Part shown: piece after piece, positions 8,813 to 16,081 of the stretch
Layout of the letters: the number at the start of each line of letters is the position of its first letter
Numbering within the stretch: the first letter of the stretch is position 1
NCBI GenBank assembly: GCA_038879095.1
Contig: JAVZUI010000003.1
Coordinates: 9,640-73,639 of the forward strand
DNA from: Pyrobaculum sp.
GTDB lineage: Archaea; Thermoproteota; Thermoprotei; Thermoproteales; Thermoproteaceae
DNA length: 64,000 nt
Direction: 5' to 3'
The notes under the pieces: model-generated
What the model saw: the letters and a program-made list of their open reading frames with translations, nothing else
The model's database searches: none
Told to the model about the DNA's origin: nothing
Translations under genes and position numbers: made by a program

Positions 8813-9930
8813 GCTGGGACGAAGTCTACAAAAAGATATTTGCCAAGGCCTCTTTCAACGAGAAGTTCTTCCGCGACGTGGAGTACCAGGGCTACAAGAG
8901 GACTTGGGTCACGTGGCCCATGCTGGAGAAGAAGATCGGCCGGAAGAGGCCTAGCGAGTACCAAGCGGTGAGCTACGCGCTGTCTTACTGGTCTCCTGAC
9001 CCCAACTCGCCCACGTATAGATACCTGGGCACGCCCTTTGAGCTAGGCACAGACTACCACATACAGAAGTGGTATATCTACTTCAGAGACCGGTCTCCGC
9101 TAGTCTCGGCAGTGGTCCAGGGAGGCGGTTGGCACGACTACCACGACCCACACGAGCTGGTCTACTGGAAGTACAACACAATGATGGACGAGGAGGAAAC
9201 ATTCGTCGATAGGCTATTGGAACAGATCGTGGCCACGAAACACGACACAAAGCTCTCGGAGGAACTGTTGAAGTTCTACAGAGACTACTACGACCCGCTC
9301 CGCTTCGTCTGGCACGCAATGCAGATGCACTGCGCCTACCTCTCTCAAATGGCCCCCACCTCCACTGTGCTGAACATATTTACGTTTATGGCCATGGACT
9401 ACTTGAGGAGGGTGCAGAGGATTGCCCAGAGAGTCAAGATGTTAGACATAGTGTACCCAGAATTCGGCTTCGGCCGGGCGGGGAGGAGGCAGTTTGAAGA
9501 GGACCCACACCTCCAGCCCACTAGACAAGTGTTAGAACAAATGCTAGTGGCTTACGACTACACAGAGGCCCTGGCCTCCTTCGCGCTGGCGGTGAAGCCC
9601 GCCTTAGACGCAATCTATTTGTCGGGATTCGCCAAGCTGGCTGAGCTGAATGGAGACAGGTACTTAGGCCAGATACACCTATCCTTCTTGAAGGATAGCC
9701 AACGCCACAGAGATCAGTTAGTGGCGTTGTTTAAGTACGCGTTTGAGAAAGCGCCGTCGGCCAAGGACGTGGTTAGGGGAATTGCAGACAGGTGGAGGAG
9801 GGCGGTGAGAGACGCCGCGAGGGCGCTAGGCCCCGTCTTGGAGTCCATGCCGGCGAAACTGCCGCTGGACGCCGTGGTGGCGGAGGTAGAGGAGGAGTGG
9901 AGAAGGCTGGACTCCGACATAGGGCTATGA
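8809..9930 (+). CDS. Soluble diiron monooxygenase hydroxylase beta subunit
   Basis: About 373 aa and ferritin-like helical, with 'WHDYHDPHELVYWKYNTMMDEEETFVDRLL' typical of TmoE/DmpL beta subunits. The ATG at 8809 overlaps the effector stop (ATGA). Confidence 0.75.
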   Translation: MSWDEVYKKIFAKASFNEKFFRDVEYQGYKRTWVTWPMLEKKIGRKRPSEYQAVSYALSYWSPDPNSPTYRYLGTPFELGTDYHIQKWYIYFRDRSPLVSAVVQGGGWHDYHDPHELVYWKYNTMMDEEETFVDRLLEQIVATKHDTKLSEELLKFYRDYYDPLRFVWHAMQMHCAYLSQMAPTSTVLNIFTFMAMDYLRRVQRIAQRVKMLDIVYPEFGFGRAGRRQFEEDPHLQPTRQVLEQMLVAYDYTEALASFALAVKPALDAIYLSGFAKLAELNGDRYLGQIHLSFLKDSQRHRDQLVALFKYAFEKAPSAKDVVRGIADRWRRAVRDAARALGPVLESMPAKLPLDAVVAEVEEEWRRLDSDIGL

Positions 9931-10388
9931 GTAGCCGGGAGCTTGTGGTGGGGGCTCTAAGGCAGGTGTACGACCCCGAGCTCCCTGAAAATATTTACGA
10001 CCTCGGCCTCATAAGAGAGGTCTACCTAGACGAGGCCAATAGAAGAGTGAAGGTGACGATGTTGTTCACGTCTGGGAGGATGTGCCCCGTGGCCGACATG
10101 ATGGCGGTGCAGGTGAAATACGCCATTAAACGCGCCCTACCTGAGTACGACGTAGACGTCAAGGTGGACTTTGAGACTAGGTGGACGCCTAAGATGGCCA
10201 CCCCGGAGGGGAGGAGGGCCTTAGAGGAGATTTTTGGAAGGGAGTACGTCGAATCTCTGTCGAGGGGCAAGGTCGTCGTGAGGGTACAACAGCCGCCGCC
10301 GGACTTCGACCCCATAGCGTATATGAGAGAAAGAGTAGAGGCCAGGTATAAAGTCTTTAAGGAGTGGCTAGAGCGCAACAAGGTGTAA
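9927..10388 (+). CDS. DUF59 (MIP18/PaaD/SufT-like) Fe-S or metal-assembly protein
   Basis: 'VYDPELPENIYDLGLIREVYLDE...VKVTMLFTSGRMCPVADMM' is the canonical DUF59 core. ATGA overlap with the beta subunit stop. Confidence 0.75.
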   Translation: MSSRELVVGALRQVYDPELPENIYDLGLIREVYLDEANRRVKVTMLFTSGRMCPVADMMAVQVKYAIKRALPEYDVDVKVDFETRWTPKMATPEGRRALEEIFGREYVESLSRGKVVVRVQQPPPDFDPIAYMRERVEARYKVFKEWLERNKV

Positions 10389-12172
10389 TGTCTTTTGTCG
10401 CCTTTTTTAAACAGATTCCCGATTTGAATTTTATTAGGCTTGACCCAGCCACTAAGAGAATCGTCAGAGAGGGCGTGCCCAACGTCATGAATCCCTTTGA
10501 CTACCACGCCATAGAGGGGGCCCTCTACCTTAGAGACGCCTTGGGGGGAAGGGCCGTGGCGGTCACCATGGGGCCGCCCAGTTTTAAACAGTCTGCGGAA
10601 GAGGCTCTGGCCATGGGCGTGGACTTGGTGGTCCATCTATCAGACAAGGCCTTTGCCGGAAGCGACACCTTGGCCACCTCAAGGGCACTGGCCCGCGCCG
10701 TGAAGGCATTTGCCCCGGATTACAAGGCAATATTTGCGGGCAAGTACTCGTGGGACGGCGACACGGGGCACGTGGGCCCCCAGACCGCCGAGCTTTTGGG
10801 CATTCCGCACGTAAGCGGCGTCGTGGAGGTCAGGATAAAAGGCGAAAGGGCGTCGGTGAGGAGAGAGGCGGAGGACGGCGAAGAGGAGCTGGAGGTGGAA
10901 CTGCCAGCATTGTTCACAGTGACCGACAGGGCCTTTAACCCAAGGCCTCCGGGCAAGCCAAAGGGCCGCTACGTAGTGGCCACCGCCGCAGACATCGGCG
11001 TAGATCTTTCCGAAGTGGGGGCCGCCGGGTCGCCCACTGTGGTGGAGGACTTATACGAAGAGAGGTGGGAGAGGGCCGGCGGCGTGGCGGTAGACGCCCG
11101 AAACGACCCAGATATAGGCGCTGAGGCGCTGTGGCGCTGGCTTAAGACAGTGGTTTCTTCTGCGGATCGGGGAGGCGCCGTCAGAGAGGCGCCCGTTAGG
11201 GAGAGAGGTCCCCGAGTGGTGGCGGTGGTGGCCGATGACAAGTGGGACGGGGGGCTTAGGAGGGTGTCTCTAGAGCTTTTAGGGAAGGCGGTGGAGCTGG
11301 CCGAGGCGGTGGGGGGCACCGTCGTTGCGCTATACGGCGGCTTAGAGGACCCCAGGACCCTAATTGCACACGGCGCGGACGAGGTGGTGTGGATAAGAGA
11401 GGCAGACCCCTTTGACATATACGCCCACGGGGAGGCGCTGGCGGAGTTTATACTTAAACGCAAGCCCTGGGCCGTGCTGGCCCCCTCCACCACCTACGGG
11501 AGGGACCTCATGTCGAGAGTTGCGGCGAGGCTGGGCCTAGGGTTGACCGCAGACTGTGTGGACTTCTCGGTTAGGGGGGGCGAGCTGTTGCAACACAAGC
11601 CCGCGTTCGGCGGAGGCGTCGTGTCTATTATACGGTCCAAGACGTACCCCCAGATGGCCACCGCGAGGCCCGGCATGTTCGAACCGCTGGCCCCAAACCC
11701 TAAGAGGAGTGGAGAAGTTTTAGAAATCAAGGCGCGCCCGAGGATGAGGACCACCTCGAGGACCCCCCGAGCCTCCGAGTGGCCAGACCCCCAAGAGGCC
11801 GGGGTGGTGGTGGGCGTTGGGAGGGGGTTTAAGAAGCCCGAAAACTTAAAGCCGGCCTTAGACTTGGCCAAGGCGCTGGGCGCGGCGGTGGCAGCCACTA
11901 GAAACGTGGTGCTGGCCGGCTGGCTTCCGTACCGGCTACAGGTAGGGGTCTCCGGCAAGGCCATAGCCCCCTTGGCCTACCTCGCCCTGGCAATTAGAGG
12001 CGACGTGAACCACGTGGTGGGGATCAGGAGGGCGAGGCACATAGCCGCCGTGAACATCAACCCCAGGGCCGAGATATTTAAAATCGCAGAGCTCGGCGTA
12101 GTGGGGGACGTCAATAAGATCGTCCCCCTCCTCTTAGAACGAGCGGTTAAGGAGCCGCTCTTTAAAAATTAA
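10388..12172 (+). CDS. Fused electron transfer flavoprotein, beta-alpha (FixA-FixB type) in one polypeptide
   Basis: The N-terminal half is ETF-beta-like ('NPFDYHAIEGAL...GSDTLATSRALARAV...DGDTGHVGPQTAELLGIPHV'). The C-terminal half is ETF-alpha-like ('TTYGRDLMSRVAARLGLGLTADC', 'QVGVSGKAIAPLAYLALAIRGDVNHVVGI'). TAATG overlap with the DUF59 stop. Confidence 0.85.
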   Translation: MSFVAFFKQIPDLNFIRLDPATKRIVREGVPNVMNPFDYHAIEGALYLRDALGGRAVAVTMGPPSFKQSAEEALAMGVDLVVHLSDKAFAGSDTLATSRALARAVKAFAPDYKAIFAGKYSWDGDTGHVGPQTAELLGIPHVSGVVEVRIKGERASVRREAEDGEEELEVELPALFTVTDRAFNPRPPGKPKGRYVVATAADIGVDLSEVGAAGSPTVVEDLYEERWERAGGVAVDARNDPDIGAEALWRWLKTVVSSADRGGAVREAPVRERGPRVVAVVADDKWDGGLRRVSLELLGKAVELAEAVGGTVVALYGGLEDPRTLIAHGADEVVWIREADPFDIYAHGEALAEFILKRKPWAVLAPSTTYGRDLMSRVAARLGLGLTADCVDFSVRGGELLQHKPAFGGGVVSIIRSKTYPQMATARPGMFEPLAPNPKRSGEVLEIKARPRMRTTSRTPRASEWPDPQEAGVVVGVGRGFKKPENLKPALDLAKALGAAVAATRNVVLAGWLPYRLQVGVSGKAIAPLAYLALAIRGDVNHVVGIRRARHIAAVNINPRAEIFKIAELGVVGDVNKIVPLLLERAVKEPLFKN

Positions 12173-12175
12173 TTT
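12166..12175. promoter_or_regulatory. Perfect palindrome AAATTAATTT upstream of the alcohol dehydrogenase gene
   Basis: Overlaps the ETF stop codon, 78-88 nt before ATG 12254. Confidence 0.4.
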
Positions 12176-12253
12176 TTTAACATTATATATCAATTATACT
12201 TTTTTAAATTATTTTTTAGAAAAAATTAAATTTTATAATATTCATTTTTAGAC

Positions 12254-13342
12254 ATGCGCGCGGCATTATTAACCCAGTTCCAAAAGCCTCTTGAGATAAA
12301 GGAGGTGGACGTGCCGAGGCCCAAGAGAGGCGAGGTTCTGATACAAGTACAGGCCTGTGGCATATGTAGGTCAGATTGGCACCTCTGGAGAGGCGACCCC
12401 TCGCTGGTGGCGTACATGGAGTGGTCCGGCGGGAGGCTGCCCATAATTCCAGGCCACGAGGTGGCTGGAAAGGTGGTGGAAGTAGGCGAAGGGGTCGAGA
12501 ACGTCCAGGTGGGCGACGTGGTGGTGGCCCCCGCCTCGTCCACAGGCGACAACAGGTCCTGCAGGTTCTGCAGGGAGGGCAACAGCAATATATGTGAACA
12601 TCTGTGGATACCCGGCTTCGGCACCCACGGCTGCTACGGCGAATATATGTTGGTCCCCGCCGGGTCCGTCGTAGACCTCGTGAAAGTCCCGCCGGGGGTA
12701 AGGCCTGAACACGCGGCAATTACTGGCTACGGGTTTGGGACGGCTTGGAACGCCCTGGTTGTTAAGGGAAGTATTAAGCCCGGCGAGACCCTTCTGGTTA
12801 CCGGCGTGGGGGGAATGGGCCTCAGCGCGGTGGCCATCGCAGTGGCCTCAGGCGCCAAGGTGGTAGCCGTAGACGTCAACCCAGCCTCTGTGGACAAGGC
12901 CAGGAAACTGGGCGCAGTGGCGGCCTACCACTACTCCGGCGACCCGAAGGAGCTTGCCAAGCTGATCAACGAGGAGATAGTGAAGACCTACGGCATGGTG
13001 GACGCGGTATTCGACTCCACCGGCAACCCCGACGTACTCTCAGCCGTGCTCCCCGCAGTGAGACCCCAAGGCAGGGTACTACTGGCGGGGCTCATGATGA
13101 AAGGCAAGGAGATATGGCCACTCGCCTCCGACATAGTGGTGGCAAGGGAGTTGACCATACAGGGTGTGTTGATGCTGGCATCGCAGAAGTACGACAACAT
13201 CTTCAAGTTGATGACGGAGGGCAGGGTCAACCTAGAACCCGTCATATACAGAAGGATCTCGCTGGACGAGGTCAACGACGCCTACGACGAGATGACCAAA
13301 TATAAAAACGCCGGCCGTTTCGTAATTACTAAATTCCGCTAA
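12254..13342 (+). CDS. Zn-dependent alcohol dehydrogenase (MDR family)
   Basis: 'GICRSDWH', 'GHEVAGKVVEVGEGV', a structural-Zn cysteine cluster 'CRFCREGNSNIC', and a Rossmann motif 'VTGVGGMG'. Confidence 0.85.
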   Translation: MRAALLTQFQKPLEIKEVDVPRPKRGEVLIQVQACGICRSDWHLWRGDPSLVAYMEWSGGRLPIIPGHEVAGKVVEVGEGVENVQVGDVVVAPASSTGDNRSCRFCREGNSNICEHLWIPGFGTHGCYGEYMLVPAGSVVDLVKVPPGVRPEHAAITGYGFGTAWNALVVKGSIKPGETLLVTGVGGMGLSAVAIAVASGAKVVAVDVNPASVDKARKLGAVAAYHYSGDPKELAKLINEEIVKTYGMVDAVFDSTGNPDVLSAVLPAVRPQGRVLLAGLMMKGKEIWPLASDIVVARELTIQGVLMLASQKYDNIFKLMTEGRVNLEPVIYRRISLDEVNDAYDEMTKYKNAGRFVITKFR

Positions 13343-13369
13343 ATCAATTTTTTAGATTGTCATTTTTTA

Positions 13370-13867
13370 ATGTGCGTGGAACTAACAAAGCCTTGGATCG
13401 ACTTGGGGAAATACAAGAGGGATAGGCTAAGGGAGGCCCTCTACGAGGCGGAGCTGGCTGAGGAGTTTCTAAAAAACGGACTGTTGAGGAACGCCGCTGG
13501 GAAGGCCTTCCAAGCGGTCAAGGCTCTTCTAGCCGCAGTCGCCGTCGATCATAGAGATAAGATCGTGGCGTCTTTCAAGGGGAAGAGGAGGCTTGGGGAG
13601 GGCAAGGTGGTGGAGCGGGGGGACTGGATCATCGCCGTGATGCCCACTTCGAAAATGCGAGAGGTGGCGGCGCTTGTGGGAGACAGAGACCTGCGCCTAG
13701 CCGTCGAGCTTGCTCTAAACCTACACGAGTTTCAGTACAACGGCCTCGACAAAGACGCCGAGGTCTCCCGCTACTCTTCAGAAGAGCTTGTTAGAAAAGA
13801 CGTACTAGACGTGGTTAACTACGTCAAACGCGTCGCAAGCCAGCTTCCTGAAGCAACGTCAAGTTAG
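13370..13867 (+). CDS. PaREP1/PaREP8-family (HEPN-like) protein
   Basis: 'DRLREALYEAELAEEFLKNGLLRNAAGKAFQAVKALLAAVAV' is a paralog of the ORF at 4565. Confidence 0.75.
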   Translation: MCVELTKPWIDLGKYKRDRLREALYEAELAEEFLKNGLLRNAAGKAFQAVKALLAAVAVDHRDKIVASFKGKRRLGEGKVVERGDWIIAVMPTSKMREVAALVGDRDLRLAVELALNLHEFQYNGLDKDAEVSRYSSEELVRKDVLDVVNYVKRVASQLPEATSS

Positions 13868-13930
13868 GCAGATCACCTATATCATTCAAGCCGTCAAACA
13901 AGTATAAAGTCCTACACATTGCTGGCGCGG

Positions 13931-14028
13931 GGCTCCGCCGAGGGTAAACAGAGACTTGCTTACTTGTGGAGACGAGTAACGAAATACGCGCCTCGGGGGC
14001 TTGTTCCGATCAGAGGCTCGGCGGAGCC
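13931..14028. repeat. Perfect 12-bp inverted repeat GGCTCCGCCGAG / CTCGGCGGAGCC enclosing 74 nt
   Basis: Arms at 13931-13942 and 14017-14028, in the intergenic region between the PaREP1 and FAH genes. Confidence 0.6.
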
Positions 14029-14075
14029 TTAACTGAGCGACGGGACTAAGGCTGTTTTGCCGCCGCCGCGTTGCG

Positions 14076-14085
14076 AAATTAATTT
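14076..14085. promoter_or_regulatory. Perfect palindrome AAATTAATTT upstream of the FAH-family gene
   Basis: 56-66 nt before ATG 14142, upstream of the TATA-like CTTTTTAAAAGG. Confidence 0.4.
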
Positions 14086-14141
14086 TATTTGTCATGATAT
14101 AATTTGAAAAACTTTTTAAAAGGGGATGGTGGTAAGGGGTT

Positions 14142-15050
14142 ATGCGGCTGTTGACGTTTAGAAGGGGCGAAGTGCTGAAGGTGGGCCTCTGGAAGGATGG
14201 AAAGGTCCTAGACCTCCCAGAGGCGTATAAACAAGTGTTCGGCGCGTACGAGGCGCCGGACTTCCTCTACAGCATGAAGAAGCTTATTGCTGTTGGGGAG
14301 CCGGCCTTGGAGGTGGTGAGGAAGCTGGAGGCGAAGGCCAAGGGGCCGTTTTACCAGCCCTCCGAGATCGTGTGGGAGCCTCCTGTGCCGGACCCCGAGA
14401 AGATATTTGCCGTCGCCGTCAACTACAGAGCCCACGGCCAGGAGGCCGGCGTCAAGCCTCCTGAGAAGCCCTACTTCTTCCCCAAGTTCCCCAACGCCCT
14501 CGTCGGCCACGAGGGGCGCGTGGTTAAGCACAAGGTGGCACAAAAGGTGGACTGGGAGGTAGAGCTGGTGGTGGTGCTGGGCAGAGCTGGGAAGTACATC
14601 TCGCCGGAGGAGGCCCTCGACTACGTCTTCGGCTACGCCGTGGGCAACGACATCTCGATCAGAGACTGGCAGTTCCCGCCTGGGTGGCCGCAACAGCTGA
14701 ACCCATACGGCCAGAACTGGATATGGGGCAAGTCCATGGACACCGCCGCGCCGGTGGGGCCGTGGGTCGTGACGAGGGACGAGGTGCCTGACCCCAACCG
14801 CCTGGCGCTGAGGCTTTGGGTGAACGGCAACTTGGAGCAGGAGGGCAACACGTCGGAGCTCATCTTCAACGTCCAGCAGTTGATACACTGGGCCTCGCAG
14901 GGCATTACGCTGAAGCCCGGCGACCTAATATTCACAGGTACGCCGCCGGGGGTGGGCTTCCCCAAGGGCAAGTTCCTCAAGGGCGGGGACGTAGTCGAGG
15001 CGGAGGTGGAGAGGGTGGGCCGCCTTAGGAACTACGTAGTCGAGGAATGA
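14142..15050 (+). CDS. Fumarylacetoacetate hydrolase (FAH)-family hydrolase/hydratase/decarboxylase
   Basis: 'KIFAVAVNYRAH', 'YFFPKFPNALVGH', 'DWEVELVVVLG', 'GYAVGNDISIRDWQ' and 'PGDLIFTGTPPGVG' are the FAH C-terminal domain motifs. Confidence 0.85.
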   Translation: MRLLTFRRGEVLKVGLWKDGKVLDLPEAYKQVFGAYEAPDFLYSMKKLIAVGEPALEVVRKLEAKAKGPFYQPSEIVWEPPVPDPEKIFAVAVNYRAHGQEAGVKPPEKPYFFPKFPNALVGHEGRVVKHKVAQKVDWEVELVVVLGRAGKYISPEEALDYVFGYAVGNDISIRDWQFPPGWPQQLNPYGQNWIWGKSMDTAAPVGPWVVTRDEVPDPNRLALRLWVNGNLEQEGNTSELIFNVQQLIHWASQGITLKPGDLIFTGTPPGVGFPKGKFLKGGDVVEAEVERVGRLRNYVVEE

Positions 15051-16027
15051 AAGCCGCCTTTTTCGAGAGGCCGGGGGAGCTAAAGGTTGGCGACTTTCCC
15101 GACCCCGTAAGGCAACACGGAGAGGTTTTGGTCCGGGTCCTGGCGGCGGGGGTGAACCCCATAGACAGAGCCACCGTCTCGGGCGCAGTCTCTGCTAGCC
15201 CCATGCCCCACGTGCCCGGCGCGGAGTTCGTCGGCGAGGTGCTCGACCCCGGCACCAGCGAGTTTAAGAGAGGGGACAGGGTGGTGGTGTACAACAGGCT
15301 GTTCTGCGGCTCGTGCAGGCAGTGTCTGAGAGGAGAGACTCAGATATGTGAGAGGCTCGGCGGAATAATAGGAGTCGCCGCCCACGGAGGCTGGGCCGAG
15401 CTGGCGGCGGTGCCGTCGCGGAACTTGGTGAGGACCGCCGCGCCGGCCGAGGAGGTGGTGGGCCTGCCGGTGGGCGGGCTCACCGCTTTTAACATGTTGA
15501 GGCGGGCCGCCGTGTCTGTGGGCGACAGAGTGGCCGTGGTGGGCGCCACAGGCAACGTCGGCGTCTACGCAGTACAGCTGGCCAAGCTTATGGGCGCGTA
15601 CGTGGCGGCGGTGACGAGGAGGGCCGACCTACACGCCGCGCGGCTCAAAAGCCTCGGCGCCGACGAGGTCTTGACGCCGGAGGAGGCGAAAAAGGCCGGC
15701 CCCTTCGACGTGGTGGTAGATCCGGTGGGGGCGGGGACGTGGGAGCTGAGCTTCTCTCTACTGGCCAGAGGCGGAAGGTACGTCACGGCGGGCGCGCTGA
15801 CCGGCAGCGAGGTGAAGCTCGACTTGAGACGGCTGTACGGGGGCCAGTACTCGGTGCTGGGGAGCACCGGCGGGAGGAGGGCGGACTTAGAGCTCCTAGT
15901 CTCCCTGGCGGAGAGGGGCCTCTTGAAGACGCCAATATACAAGAGGTACCGCCTAGAGGAGGCGGCGGAGGCGCTGAAGGCCCTTGAAGGCCCGGAGAGG
16001 CTCGGCAAAGTCGTTATAACTATTTAA
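15047..16027 (+). CDS. Zn-type MDR oxidoreductase (alcohol dehydrogenase/quinone oxidoreductase-like)
   Basis: 'GVNPIDRATVSG', 'PGAEFVGEV', 'CGSCRQCLRGETQIC' and 'VVGATGNVG'. ATGA overlap with the FAH gene. Confidence 0.8.
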   Translation: MKAAFFERPGELKVGDFPDPVRQHGEVLVRVLAAGVNPIDRATVSGAVSASPMPHVPGAEFVGEVLDPGTSEFKRGDRVVVYNRLFCGSCRQCLRGETQICERLGGIIGVAAHGGWAELAAVPSRNLVRTAAPAEEVVGLPVGGLTAFNMLRRAAVSVGDRVAVVGATGNVGVYAVQLAKLMGAYVAAVTRRADLHAARLKSLGADEVLTPEEAKKAGPFDVVVDPVGAGTWELSFSLLARGGRYVTAGALTGSEVKLDLRRLYGGQYSVLGSTGGRRADLELLVSLAERGLLKTPIYKRYRLEEAAEALKALEGPERLGKVVITI

Positions 16028-16035
16028 ATTAATTT
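16026..16035. promoter_or_regulatory. Perfect palindrome AAATTAATTT upstream of the PaaA-like diiron gene
   Basis: Overlaps the MDR gene stop, 47-56 nt before ATG 16082. Confidence 0.4.
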
Positions 16036-16081
16036 GCATAATTTTTCGACACTTTTTTATCGCGTTGAGGACACGGAGGAT

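Noticed and set aside
12216-12719. 167-aa Arg/Pro-rich minus ORF, plus alternative-frame ORFs such as 36762-37310, 21378-21812 and 56663-57301.
   Set aside because: The extreme Arg/Gly/Pro composition is typical of off-frame reading of GC-rich genes. The in-frame partners have clear homology.
13094-13100. C-box-like AUGAUGA or GUGAUGA heptamers inside coding regions (13094, 18909, 20522, 23586, 42432, 50191).
   Set aside because: None has a CUGA D box at the required distance of about 40-50 nt or an internal C'/D' pair, so they are chance occurrences.
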